A stretch of 52,945 nt of DNA from Clostridia bacterium (GTDB lineage: Bacteria > Bacillota > Sulfobacillia > RBS10-35 > JADGHG01): positions 1 through 52,945 of the forward strand of contig JADGHG010000002.1 of assembly GCA_019689585.1 (NCBI GenBank), written 5' to 3'. The position numbers and the translations under genes were made by a program. The notes under the pieces were generated by a model. That model made no database searches. It was not told the DNA's origin and was given only the letters and a program-made list of their open reading frames with translations. Positions 1 to 9,318 of the stretch are shown here, one piece after another; within the stretch, counting starts at the first letter, position 1; each line of letters starts with the position of its first letter.

Positions 1-1
1 A

Positions 2-673
2 CAGGCCCTGCGCCGGTGCCTCGCGCCGGCCGGCGGCGAGCCGCGCCCGCCCGCGCCCTGGCCGCGCGACCCGGGCGTGCGCCTCGCGCCGGAGGACCTC
101 CGCGTCGTGCGGCGGGAGCGGCCGCGCCCGCTCGACCTCGTCCTCCTCATCGACGCCAGCGCCTCGATGGCCGGGGCGCGGATGCGGGCCGCGCAGGAGC
201 TGGCGCTCCGGCTCCTCGTGGGGAGCCGCGACCGGGTGGCGATCGTGAGCTTCCAGGACCGCGGCGCCGCCCTGCGCGTCGCCCTCACGCGCAACCGGGC
301 CGCCCTCGCGCGCGGGGTGGCCGGCGTCCGACCGTGCGGGCTCACGCCACTCGCGGCCGCGCTCGAGGCGGCCGTCGCCTACCTGCGGGTGGCGCACGCC
401 CGGCGCCCGCTCCTCGTCCTCATCACCGACGGCATCCCGACCGTCTCGCGCACGGCGGCCGGACCGCTCGAGGACGCGCTGCGGGCGGCCGAACAGGTGG
501 CGCGCGCGCGCGTCCCCTTCACGTGCGTCGGGCTCGAGCCGAACAAGGGCTACCTCGTCGAACTGGCCGAGCGGGCCGGCGGCACGCTCTACGTCGTCGA
601 GGAGCTCGAAGGGGCGACGCTGGCCGAGATCGTCGAAGGGGAGCGCCGCCGGCGCCGGGCCGCGAGGGCCTGA
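2..673 (+). CDS. von Willebrand factor A (vWA) domain protein, 5' end probably outside the window
   Basis: The frame is open from nt 2 with no stop before the listed start at 77. It has a MIDAS-like DxSxS motif ('LVLLIDASASM') and 'LLVLITDG', both typical of vWA/ChlD-like domains. Confidence 0.7.
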   Translation, partial: QALRRCLAPAGGEPRPPAPWPRDPGVRLAPEDLRVVRRERPRPLDLVLLIDASASMAGARMRAAQELALRLLVGSRDRVAIVSFQDRGAALRVALTRNRAALARGVAGVRPCGLTPLAAALEAAVAYLRVAHARRPLLVLITDGIPTVSRTAAGPLEDALRAAEQVARARVPFTCVGLEPNKGYLVELAERAGGTLYVVEELEGATLAEIVEGERRRRRAARA

Positions 674-731
674 GCAGCCCGGCAGGATGGCCCGGCCGGG
701 GCGCGAAGCTAGGGCGGCGAGGGGGTTTCCC

Positions 732-1076
732 GTGACCTGGCTCCTCGTCCTCGTGCTCCTCTTCGCCGTCGCCGTCGCGCTCTTCGCGGCCCAGAACGGC
801 CAGACCGTCGAAGTGATGTTCCTCTTCTGGACCCTTCACACCACCCTCGCCGTCGTGATCCTGGGCGCGGCGCTCACGGGGGCCGTGGCCGCCGCCCTGT
901 TCGGGCTTGTGACGCACGTCCGCCTGCGGCTGCGCCTGCGCCGCGCCGAGCAGCAACTCCACAAGCTGCAGGTGCGGCCGCCCGAGGCGGCGCCTCAGGC
1001 GGCCGAAGAGGCGCCCGGCGCGCCCGCCGCGCGCGACGGCGAGACGGCGAGCCCCACGGGAACGGTCTCGGGTTGA
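732..1076 (+). CDS. LapA-domain (DUF1049-like) small membrane protein
   Basis: GTG at 732 is preceded by GAGGGGG. Two TM helices flank 'FAAQNGQTVEVMFLFW', followed by a basic 'RLRLRLRR' stretch, matching the DUF1049 pattern. The track ORF starts at 687 in the same frame. Confidence 0.6.
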   Translation: MTWLLVLVLLFAVAVALFAAQNGQTVEVMFLFWTLHTTLAVVILGAALTGAVAAALFGLVTHVRLRLRLRRAEQQLHKLQVRPPEAAPQAAEEAPGAPAARDGETASPTGTVSG

Positions 1077-3352
1077 GCCTCCCGCATCCCGCGGAGCCGC
1101 GGCTCTCGGTCTCGGGCCGCCGCTGGCGGCTTGCGCCGCCCGACCCCGAGCGCGCGCTCGCCTTCGCGCGCGAGCTCTCGCTACCGCCCGCCGCCGCGCG
1201 CGTCCTCTCGGCGCGCGGCTTCGACCTCGCTTCGGGCGAGGCCTGGCTTGGCGCGCGGGAGGAGGACCTCGTCCACGACCCCTTCCGCCTCGCGGGACTC
1301 GCCGAGGCGGCCGGCCGCACGGCGCGCGCGATCTGGGAGGACGAGCGCATCCGCGTCTTCGGCGATTACGACGCCGACGGCGTCACCGCCACGGCCATCC
1401 TCGTCGAGAACCTCGCGCGCCTCGGCGCCGAGGTCGACGGGCGGCTGCCCGACCGCGCCCACGGCTACGGCATCCAGCCGGCCGACGTCGAGGCGGCCCA
1501 GCGCGACGGCATCGGGCTCGTCATCGCGGTCGACAACGGCATCACCTCGTTTTCGGCCGCGCGCCGCGCCCGCGAGCTCGGGGTCGACCTCGTCGTGCTC
1601 GACCACCACCAGCCCGGGCCCGAGCTTCCGCCCGCCCTGGCCGTCGTCGACCCGAAGCGGCCGGGCGAGCCCTACCCGTACCCGCACCTCTCGGGCGCGG
1701 GGCTCGCCTTGAAGCTCGTGCAGGCGCTCACCGGGTTCGAACCGGACGCGCCCTGGCGGGACTCGCTCGACCTCGCCGCGATCGGCACGGTCGCGGACGT
1801 CGTCCCGCTCACGGGCGAGAACCGCTGGATCGTGCGGGCCGGGCTCCGGCGGATGAACGAGGCCGGCGCAAGGCGGCCGGGCGTGGCGGCGCTCCTCGAG
1901 GTGGCGGGATCGGCGGGCCGTCCCGTGCGGGAGCACGAGCTCGGCTTCCTCCTCGCGCCGCGCCTCAACGCGGCCGGACGCATGCAGGACCCCTCGCCGG
2001 CCTTCGAGTGCCTCCTCGCCCGCGACCCCGCCCGCGCCCGCGAGCTCGCCCGCATCCTCGACCACGCGAACCGCGACCGCCGGCGGGTCGAGCGCGAGAT
2101 CTTCGAGGCGGCCAGCCGGCGGGCCGAGGAGGAGGCGCGCCGCGCGCGCGTGATCGTCCTCGGCGACCCCGGCTGGCATCCGGGCGTCGTCGGCATCGTC
2201 GCCGGCCGGCTGGCGCGCCGCTTCCACCGGCCGGTCCTGCTCGCGGCCGGCGACGGGGGGCGCTGGCGCGGCTCCGGCCGGAGCATCCCGGCCTTCGACC
2301 TGCACGAGGCCCTCTCGGCGCTCTCCCACCACTTCGCCACCTTCGGCGGCCACCGGCAGGCGGCCGGCTTCACGCTCGCGGGCGAGGCCGGAACCGAAGG
2401 CGAGGCGCTCCGCCGCCTGCAGGCCGACCTCGACGCCTACGCAGCCGCTCGCCTCACCGACGAGGACCTCGTCCCCGAGCTCGTCGTCGACGCGCGCGCC
2501 GAGCTCTCGGACTTCACGCCGGCCCTCGGCGAGTTCCTCGACGCCTTCGGGCCGTACGGCGCCGAGCACCCGAGGCCGCGCTTCCTCGTCGCCGGCCTTT
2601 CGGCCGAGGCGCGCAAGGTCGGCCGCGACGGCGCGCACGCGGCCGTCGTCTGCCTCGACCGCCGGGGCTTTCGGGCCGAGGGGATCGCGTTCGGCCTCGG
2701 GCCGGTGCTCGCGGGCCGCGGGCCAGGCGGCCGCTGGGACGTCGTGGCCTGGCCGGAGTGGGAGGACTGGCAGGGCGCTCGGCGGCTCAGGCTTCGGGTC
2801 GACGACCTGCGCGAGGCGTCGGGGGTCGACGTGGGCGCGAGCGGGGAGGCGCCCCGGCGTGGCCCGCTCGCGCAGGTGCGCGGAGCCGAGCTCGCCGCCC
2901 TCGCGGCCGAAGCCGAGCGCCTTGCGCCCGACCGCGAGGCGCTCGTCGGCGCCTTCCTCGCCCTACGCGATCTCGCCCGTCGGGAGGGCCCCCTGCTCGC
3001 GGCCGACGCTCCCCTGCGCGCGGCCGAGGCGGCTCGGCTTCCGCGTGAGACGGTCCATCAGGCGCTTCGCGTCTTCACCGAGCTCGGCCTAGCCCATCCC
3101 ATGCGAAGAGGCGGACAGGACGTGTGGGTGTGGACGCCGCCCGAAGGCGAGCGGCTCGATCTCGCGACGAGCCCGACCTTCGCGCTCGGCCAGGCCGTGC
3201 GCGACGCCGTGGCGACGCTCGGGGAGCTCGCCTCGGCCTCGGAGGACGAGTGGCGGCGGGGGCTCGCAGCCGTGCGGGGCGAGCTTCTGCGGCTCGCCGC
3301 GGGCGGGGGTGGGCCCGCGGCGCCGGCCCGGCCGGCCGGCGAGCCGGCGTGA
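1073..3352 (+). CDS. recJ: single-stranded-DNA-specific exonuclease RecJ
   Basis: DHH-family motifs are present ('FGDYDADGVTA', 'VDNGITS', 'LDHHQP'), plus the DHHA1 'GGHRQAAGF'. Length is 759 aa. The TTGA start overlaps the upstream stop. Confidence 0.9.
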   Translation: MSLPHPAEPRLSVSGRRWRLAPPDPERALAFARELSLPPAAARVLSARGFDLASGEAWLGAREEDLVHDPFRLAGLAEAAGRTARAIWEDERIRVFGDYDADGVTATAILVENLARLGAEVDGRLPDRAHGYGIQPADVEAAQRDGIGLVIAVDNGITSFSAARRARELGVDLVVLDHHQPGPELPPALAVVDPKRPGEPYPYPHLSGAGLALKLVQALTGFEPDAPWRDSLDLAAIGTVADVVPLTGENRWIVRAGLRRMNEAGARRPGVAALLEVAGSAGRPVREHELGFLLAPRLNAAGRMQDPSPAFECLLARDPARARELARILDHANRDRRRVEREIFEAASRRAEEEARRARVIVLGDPGWHPGVVGIVAGRLARRFHRPVLLAAGDGGRWRGSGRSIPAFDLHEALSALSHHFATFGGHRQAAGFTLAGEAGTEGEALRRLQADLDAYAAARLTDEDLVPELVVDARAELSDFTPALGEFLDAFGPYGAEHPRPRFLVAGLSAEARKVGRDGAHAAVVCLDRRGFRAEGIAFGLGPVLAGRGPGGRWDVVAWPEWEDWQGARRLRLRVDDLREASGVDVGASGEAPRRGPLAQVRGAELAALAAEAERLAPDREALVGAFLALRDLARREGPLLAADAPLRAAEAARLPRETVHQALRVFTELGLAHPMRRGGQDVWVWTPPEGERLDLATSPTFALGQAVRDAVATLGELASASEDEWRRGLAAVRGELLRLAAGGGGPAAPARPAGEPA

Positions 3353-3384
3353 CGGCGCGCCCGCCGCACGGGCGGCCGCCCGTC

Positions 3385-3969
3385 GTGACCGAGGTGAAGC
3401 GCTCGCTCCTCGGGCCCGTCTACGAATTCCGCGGGCCGCGGCTCTTCTTCGGCGGGCCTTCGGGGGCGAGGCGGCTCGCCTACGGCTACCGCCTCGAGGC
3501 GAGCCGCGAGATCGGGGGCGTCGCCCTCCAGGCGGGCGACCCGGCCGTCGGCCTCTTCTGGGAGGACCGCCCGTACAACGTCTACTTCTGGCTCACGCGG
3601 GAACTTGCGCCGCGCGGCCTCTACTTCAACGTCGGCGACCGGACCCGCCTCCTCCCGGACCGCGTCGAGTGGCGCGACCTGGTCGTCGACGTCGTCGTGC
3701 CCCTCGCGCGCCTGGGCGAAGGCCGGGGGCTTCGTGCGCCGGGCGAGGGGGCGGCCGGGTGGGACGGCTTCCTGCCCGGCGAGCCGGTCGTCCTCGACGA
3801 AGACGAGCTTCCCGACGACCTCCCCCCGGCTTTGCGCCGCGCCATCGACCGCGCCGAGCGCGAGATCCTGGCGCGCCACCGGGAGGTCTGGCGCGAGATC
3901 CGCGACTTACTCGCGCCGCTCCGCCCGCCCCTTCGCGGCCTCGCGCCTTCTGGCCGGCCCTCCCCCTAG
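3385..3969 (+). CDS. DUF402 domain protein (YgaC/Ntdp-like nucleoside di/triphosphatase family)
   Basis: In-frame GTG at 3385. 'YNVYFWL...GLYFNVGDR...VEWRDLVVDVVV' resembles the DUF402 core. The track ORF (3124-) is extended upstream by GC-rich non-coding sequence. Confidence 0.65.
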   Translation: MTEVKRSLLGPVYEFRGPRLFFGGPSGARRLAYGYRLEASREIGGVALQAGDPAVGLFWEDRPYNVYFWLTRELAPRGLYFNVGDRTRLLPDRVEWRDLVVDVVVPLARLGEGRGLRAPGEGAAGWDGFLPGEPVVLDEDELPDDLPPALRRAIDRAEREILARHREVWREIRDLLAPLRPPLRGLAPSGRPSP

Positions 3970-4736
3970 GCGGCCTCGCCCGGCCCCGGGCCCGGCGGCC
4001 GTGCGCCGCGGCCTCGGCCTTCCTTGGGAGCGCTCGGGCGGGCGCTTCCCCGGCGGGCGAGGCGGAGCGCGACGAGCGCAAGCAGGGCGAGGGCGAAGCC
4101 CGATGCGGCGTAGGCGAGCGCGGCACGAAGGCGCGAGCCTGGCTCCGCCCGGATCGTCAGAAGCGAACCCTCCGCGACGTCGATCGCGGCGAACGCCTGA
4201 AGGCGGCGTCCGCCGATCGTCTCGTCCGCCTGGCGGAAGAGGCCGACAGCCGAAAGCCGCCCGGCCTCGCGGGGGAGAAGCGCCGTGAAGGACGAGGTCG
4301 GGTAGAGGACGGGGCGCGTCCACTCGAACGGTCCGGGCTCTGCGAGCCGCCAGCTGAGCGTGACGGTGGCCCTCTCGCCGGGCGGGATCTCGACGGCAAG
4401 CCGGACGGCGAGGCTCGCGCCCGGGAGGACGCGCGTGAAGTCGACGGCCGGCGCCGGGCCGGCGGCGTCGAGGCGCGCGAGGTCGCGGGCGTCGCCGGGC
4501 ACGGGGACGGCCACCTCGCTCGCCGCGCTCGCGCCCTCGTTCTCGAAGGTCGCCGTGTCGAGCGCGCGCCAGCCGTCCGCGGACGGCGCGAGGACCAAGG
4601 TCTCCGAGACGACGACGAGCTCCCCGCCGGCACCCGCCTGAACCGGCGCGGCCCGGGCCGGCGCGCCCCCTGTCGAGAAGACGAAGGCGGCCAGCGCGAG
4701 GAGCGCGCCCAGCCGACCCGCCCGGCCGCGCCTCAC
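3966..4736 (-). CDS. hypothetical secreted protein with C-terminal membrane anchor
   Basis: GTG at 4736 overlaps the ccmF stop (GTGA). The N-terminal signal-like segment is 'LGALLALAAFVFSTGGAPARA', followed by a beta-rich body and a C-terminal TM 'GFALALLALVALRLARR'. No family recognised. Confidence 0.55.
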   Translation of the reverse strand: MRRGRAGRLGALLALAAFVFSTGGAPARAAPVQAGAGGELVVVSETLVLAPSADGWRALDTATFENEGASAASEVAVPVPGDARDLARLDAAGPAPAVDFTRVLPGASLAVRLAVEIPPGERATVTLSWRLAEPGPFEWTRPVLYPTSSFTALLPREAGRLSAVGLFRQADETIGGRRLQAFAAIDVAEGSLLTIRAEPGSRLRAALAYAASGFALALLALVALRLARRGSARPSAPKEGRGRGARPPGPGPGEAA

Positions 4737-6973
4737 CGACCCGGGCCCGGCGGCTCGAGCTCCTCCCCGCCTCCCGCCGGCTCCTCGGGGCGGCCGAGGC
4801 GCCAGCCGACGGCCCGCGCCGCCTCGGGCCGGCCCCCGGCCGCCCGGATGGCCGCCTCCGCGAGCTTCTCGTACTCGGCCCGGAGGGCGAGGTAGTCGGG
4901 ACGCGCGATCTTCCCCGCCCGGAAGTCGTACTCGAGCTCCGCCCAGGCGGCCAGCGCCCGCGCGGCCTGGTCGGCCTCCCGCTCGCGCGCCCGCGGCCAG
5001 AGCGAGTAGAGCGAGGCGAGGATGAGAAGCGCCCCGCCGGCCCAGATCCAGTCGACGAGCGGGTTCACGTAGATGCGGAACCCGGCCGTCGAGAGCCCGT
5101 CGTCGTATCCGGCGAGGACGACGTAGAGGTCGCGCGTGAACCCCCGCGCGATCGCGATCTCGGCCGTCGGGCCCATCTGGGCCTGGGCGTCGGCCGGCAG
5201 CATCTGCCCGGGCAGGAGCGTGCGCACGAGCCGCCCGTCGCGGAAGACGTCGACGCGCGCCACCGTGCGGAGCCCGTAGGGCGTCGGATCGCGCGACATG
5301 CCGTCGAACTGGAACGAGTAGCCCGCCACCTCGGCCGTCCCACCCAAAGGGAGCGCGACCGTGGCCGAGCGCGCGAAGTTGAGGGAGCCCACCACCCCGA
5401 TCGCGACGAGACCCACCGCCACGTGGACGAGGTAGCCGCCGTACCGGCGCGGATGGCGGGCGAAGAGCCCGATCGCGGCCGCAACGAGTCCCTCGCCTGT
5501 GAGCTCGGCCCGCGCGCGGACGGCGAGGGCCACGTCGAAGAGGACGGCCGCGATCGCGAAAAAGGCGAGCGTGAAGCCGAGGAACGCCCCCGGCTGGCGG
5601 ACGCCCGCCGCGGCGAGAAAGGCCGCGAGGGCGAAGGTCGCGAGCGCCGGGACGGCGAGGTGCGCGCGGATCTCGCGCCAGCTCGCGCGCCGCCAGGCGA
5701 GGAGCGGCCCGACCCCCATGAGCGCGAAGAGGACGGCGAAGAGCGGGCCCGTCGTGCGCGTGAAGTAGGGCTCGCCGACGGTCACGGTCGGGCCCCAGAT
5801 GGGCGAGACGAGCGGGAGCAGGGTGCCGAAGAGCACGGTGAAGGCAAGCGAGAGGAAGACGACGTTGTTGAGGAGGAACGAGCCCTCCTTCGACACGTAC
5901 GTCTCGAGCGGCCGCTCGTCGCGGAGCGCCTCCCGCCGCGCCGAGAGAAGGAGCACGAGACCGGCCGCGGCGAGGCCCAGGTAGGCGAGGAACCAGGCGC
6001 CGATCGGCGACTGGGCGAACGAGTGCACGCTCGTCACGATGCCGCTGCGCGTGAGGAAGGTGCCGAGGATCGTGAGGAGGTAGGTGGCCGCGACCAGCGC
6101 CGCGTTCCAGGCCTTGAGGAGCCCGCGTTTCTCCTGGACGACGCTCGTGTGGAGGTAGGCCGTGCCCGTGAGCCAGGGCAGAAGGGCGGCGTTCTCGACC
6201 GGGTCGAAGGCCCAGTACCCGCCCCAGCCCAGGACATGGTAGGACCAGTTCGCCCCCATGAGGATGCCGAGCGAGAGGGCGGCCCAGGCGAAAAGCCCCC
6301 AGCGGCGCGTGACGCGCACCCACGCCGGGCCCGTCTGCCCGGAGAGAAGCCCGGCCACGGCGAAGGCGAAGGGGACCGAGAACCCGACGAAGCCCGTGTA
6401 GAGGGCGAGCGGGTGGAGCAGCATCGAGGGGTCGCGGAGCAGGCTGTTGAGCCCGAGGCCGTCGGGCGGCGCCTCCGGCAGAAGCCGGAAGGGAGGGGCC
6501 GCGAACGCGAGGACGAGCGCGAAGAAGAGCGACGTGGCCGAAAGGGCCGAAAGCGCCCAGGGGAGGAGCGGCCGGGCGTCGCGGTCGCGGGGCGGCCGGA
6601 GGGCGAGCCAGGCCGTGAAGAAGGTGGCGAGGAGGAGCCAGAGGAGGAGCGAGCCCTCCTGGCCGCCCCAGAAGGCGCCGATCTTGTAGACGAACGGCGT
6701 CGTCCGGCTCGAGTGGCCGGCGACGTAGGCGAACTGGAACCGGTCCGAGACGAGCGCGAGGAGGAGGAGGCCGCTCGCGAGAACCGCCCCGAGGAACGCG
6801 GCCGTTGCCGCGCCGCGGCCCAGGGAAAGGAGCCGGTCCAGGGCGGCGCCCGACCGGTGCGCGCCGACGGCGTTCGCGAAGAGGCTCGCCGCCGTAGCGG
6901 CGGCGACGAGCCAGACGGAAAGCTCTCCGGCAAGTGCCCAGAGGGCCACGGCCAGGCCTCGATCCCGCCCCAC
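4733..6973 (-). CDS. ccmF: cytochrome c-type biogenesis protein CcmF (System I heme lyase), with C-terminal extension
   Basis: Polytopic membrane protein with the WWD-type motif 'GWGGYWAFDPVENAALLPWL'. Length is 746 aa. Confidence 0.85.
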   Translation of the reverse strand: MGRDRGLAVALWALAGELSVWLVAAATAASLFANAVGAHRSGAALDRLLSLGRGAATAAFLGAVLASGLLLLALVSDRFQFAYVAGHSSRTTPFVYKIGAFWGGQEGSLLLWLLLATFFTAWLALRPPRDRDARPLLPWALSALSATSLFFALVLAFAAPPFRLLPEAPPDGLGLNSLLRDPSMLLHPLALYTGFVGFSVPFAFAVAGLLSGQTGPAWVRVTRRWGLFAWAALSLGILMGANWSYHVLGWGGYWAFDPVENAALLPWLTGTAYLHTSVVQEKRGLLKAWNAALVAATYLLTILGTFLTRSGIVTSVHSFAQSPIGAWFLAYLGLAAAGLVLLLSARREALRDERPLETYVSKEGSFLLNNVVFLSLAFTVLFGTLLPLVSPIWGPTVTVGEPYFTRTTGPLFAVLFALMGVGPLLAWRRASWREIRAHLAVPALATFALAAFLAAAGVRQPGAFLGFTLAFFAIAAVLFDVALAVRARAELTGEGLVAAAIGLFARHPRRYGGYLVHVAVGLVAIGVVGSLNFARSATVALPLGGTAEVAGYSFQFDGMSRDPTPYGLRTVARVDVFRDGRLVRTLLPGQMLPADAQAQMGPTAEIAIARGFTRDLYVVLAGYDDGLSTAGFRIYVNPLVDWIWAGGALLILASLYSLWPRAREREADQAARALAAWAELEYDFRAGKIARPDYLALRAEYEKLAEAAIRAAGGRPEAARAVGWRLGRPEEPAGGGEELEPPGPGR

Positions 6974-7059
6974 ACCTTACTACACGCCCGCTTCGCGCGC
7001 GGCGGCGGCCGTGCGCGCCACAGCCCGCGCGCGGGCTGGGCGCGCGCCCTCGCGCCGTC

Positions 7060-7626
7060 TCAGATGAAGTCGCGCAGGCGCGCCGGGAGCGGCCGTGCGG
7101 GGACGTCGCCCTCCGCCGTCGGGGCCTCCTGCCCCTCGGCCGCCCCGCCGGATGCAGGCGGCGGGAGGAGCGCCGAGGCCGACCGGGCGCGCCGCCGGAG
7201 CCAGAGGGAGAGCGCGGCGAGGCCGGCGAGGAGAGCGAGGGCCGGGACGAGCCACGCGATCGCAGCCGGGCCGCGCCTTGGGGGCGTGAGCAGGATCCAG
7301 TCGCCGTACTCGGCGGCCAGGCGCCTCACGATCGCCTCGTCCGTCCAGCCGGCCGCCACCTCGCTCGCGATCTCGGCGCGGATGCGAAGCGCGGCCTGGG
7401 AGTCGGACTCGGCCACCGACTCCCCTTCGCAGACGGGGCAGCGTACCCCCCGGGCGATGCGCTCGACGCGGTCGGCGGCGGTCGGCGGCGTGAGCGTGGC
7501 CGCGAGCGGCAAGGCGAGCGCGAGGGCGAGGACCAGAAGGAGCGGCAGCGCGGCCGCGAGCCGGTGGGGCGCCGGAGGCCCATCCGAGGGGAAGTCGCGC
7601 CCGGGCGCGCGAGCTTGGCCGTTCAC
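7060..7626 (-). CDS. ccmH: cytochrome c-type biogenesis protein CcmH/NrfF family
   Basis: 'RCPVCEGESVAESDS' (CxxC) is followed by 'YGDWILLTPP' and a TM helix. An N-terminal signal/anchor is present. Confidence 0.75.
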   Translation of the reverse strand: MNGQARAPGRDFPSDGPPAPHRLAAALPLLLVLALALALPLAATLTPPTAADRVERIARGVRCPVCEGESVAESDSQAALRIRAEIASEVAAGWTDEAIVRRLAAEYGDWILLTPPRRGPAAIAWLVPALALLAGLAALSLWLRRRARSASALLPPPASGGAAEGQEAPTAEGDVPARPLPARLRDFI

Positions 7627-7650
7627 GGGGCCAGTATACGCCGGCCGCCC

Positions 7651-8355
7651 TCACGCCGGCGGGACGAGGTCCGCGTACTGGAAGCGGCCGTCCCGCAAGA
7701 CCGTCTCGCCCCGCCGGAACGCGACCCTTCTCGCGAAGCCCGGCCCGTCGTAGCAGAAGGTGTGGAACTCGCCGCGCTCGCCCAGAGGATCGCAGCCGGG
7801 CGGGAGGTCGCGGAGGAAGGCTTCGTCGTACTCCCGGCCGCAGAAGGAGCCCGCGAGCTGGTCGGTGTCGACGCAGACGACGACGGCGCGGAAGGTCCTC
7901 GCCGTCTCCCGCGCCAGCTCCGCCGGCGGACGCCCCCAGAGGGGGAAGAGCGACGCCAGGCCGGCCGACCGGTCGAGCTCCTCGCGGTAGGCGCGCACGT
8001 CCTCGAGGTGGACGTCCCCGAAGGCGACATGCCCGATGCCGGCCTCGCGGTAGGCCGCAAGCCGGGCGCGCACGGCCGCCTCGTACTCGGCCCCGCCGCC
8101 TTCCCGGGAGAGCCACACGATGTCGAGCGGAAGGCCGAGGGCTTCGGCCTGCGCCGTGAGAAGCTCCATGCGGATCCCGTGCATGGCGCTTCGCCCGTAC
8201 TCGCGCGTCGCCGTCACCATGAGGCGCGCGACCCGCCAGCGCGGGTCGGCCGCGAGGGCCGAAAGGGCGGCCGCGCTGTCCTTGCCGCCGCTCCAGGAGA
8301 GGACGACCGGCCGACGCCCCGCCGTCTCCCTCGCCCTCCCGCCCGACCGAGCCAC
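7651..8355 (-). CDS. Dph6-related PP-loop ATP pyrophosphatase (Diphthami_syn_2 / MJ0570 family)
   Basis: 'LSWSGGKDS' PP-loop, 'FPLWGR' and 'GERGEFHTFCYDGPGF' signatures. Confidence 0.75.
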   Translation of the reverse strand: MARSGGRARETAGRRPVVLSWSGGKDSAAALSALAADPRWRVARLMVTATREYGRSAMHGIRMELLTAQAEALGLPLDIVWLSREGGGAEYEAAVRARLAAYREAGIGHVAFGDVHLEDVRAYREELDRSAGLASLFPLWGRPPAELARETARTFRAVVVCVDTDQLAGSFCGREYDEAFLRDLPPGCDPLGERGEFHTFCYDGPGFARRVAFRRGETVLRDGRFQYADLVPPA

Positions 8356-9225
8356 TTACGCGCGCACGAAGCGGCCGAGGAGTGCCAGAAGCTCGCCGTG
8401 CACGCGCGGGTTGGCGGCCACGATCGTGCGCTGGCGGAGCGAGAAGGGTTCGCCCCGCACGTCCGTCACGACCCCGCCCGCCTCCTCCACCATGAGCCAG
8501 CCGGCCGCCATGTCCCAGGGCGAGAGCCGCACGTCCCAAGAGGCGCTCAGCCGGCCGAGGGCGACGTAGGCGAGCTGGGTGGCGGCCGAGCCGAGCACGC
8601 GGATGTTGCGGCAGGCGCGGACGACCTCGAGGATCGCCTGGGCGTTCCGCTCCCGTTCGGCCTCCGTGCTCGGGAGAGAGGCCCCGACGAGGGCCTCGGC
8701 GAGCGGCCGGTCGTCGACGTGGACGCGCTGTGCGGCGGATGCGGCCGGCCCGCCCGGGGCGTCCACGCTCGCACGGAGGTGGCATCCGCGTCCCCGCACG
8801 GCCCAGATCGTCTCGCCGGCGTTCGGGTCGTGGAGGACGCCGAGGAGCGGCCGGCCGCGCGCGAGGAGCGCGAGGGCGACGCCGAAGTGCGGGAGCCCGT
8901 GGACGAAGTTCGCCGTCCCGTCGATCGGGTCGACGATCCATAGCCGCTCCGCCTCGATCCACTCGCCGACCCGGCGGTCGGCGCCGCCCTCCTCGCCGAA
9001 GACGGGGATGCCGCTCGGCGCGAGGAGCCGCCGCAGGCGGGCTTCGCTTAGCTCGTCGACCTCGGTGACGAGGTCGCGGGGATTCGCCTTCGTCCGGACG
9101 CCGTCCGCGGGCGTGCCGCCCCAGGGCATGCCGCGGGCTTCCCACGCGAAGCGGCCGGCGTCCTCGGCCGCAGAGACGGCGAGCGCGAGGAGGTCGTCGA
9201 GTTCCGACGGCGTCGGATCGCGCAC
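8356..9225 (-). CDS. inositol monophosphatase family protein (SuhB-like)
   Basis: Motifs 'VTEVD', 'WIVDPIDGTANF' and 'GSAATQLAYVA'. This is only the 3' 870 nt of the 1180-aa track ORF. GTG at 9225 is chosen by typical family length; an alternative GTG lies at 9303. Confidence 0.8.
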   Translation of the reverse strand: MRDPTPSELDDLLALAVSAAEDAGRFAWEARGMPWGGTPADGVRTKANPRDLVTEVDELSEARLRRLLAPSGIPVFGEEGGADRRVGEWIEAERLWIVDPIDGTANFVHGLPHFGVALALLARGRPLLGVLHDPNAGETIWAVRGRGCHLRASVDAPGGPAASAAQRVHVDDRPLAEALVGASLPSTEAERERNAQAILEVVRACRNIRVLGSAATQLAYVALGRLSASWDVRLSPWDMAAGWLMVEEAGGVVTDVRGEPFSLRQRTIVAANPRVHGELLALLGRFVRA

Positions 9226-9291
9226 GCCGGCATTGTACCCGCGCGGCCGAGGGGCCTGGAAGGCGGAAAGGTTCTGGGAGGGGCCGACTGT

Positions 9292-9297
9292 TATACT
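9292..9297 (+). promoter_or_regulatory. candidate -10 element (TATACT) upstream of relA
   Basis: An AT-rich hexamer in GC-rich DNA, 21 nt upstream of the relA GTG, whose SD is GGTGGGAGG. The -35 is poor (GTTCTG). Confidence 0.35.
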
Positions 9298-9318
9298 GTT
9301 CACAAAGGTGGGAGGGCC

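Noticed and set aside
3966-3969. Shared CTAG at convergent gene ends, and the 26-nt convergent overlap of ybaK and the VanW-like gene at 31465-31490
   Set aside because: These are a compact-genome curiosity. Palindromic overlapping stops are expected by chance at convergent junctions, and no functional inference is justified.
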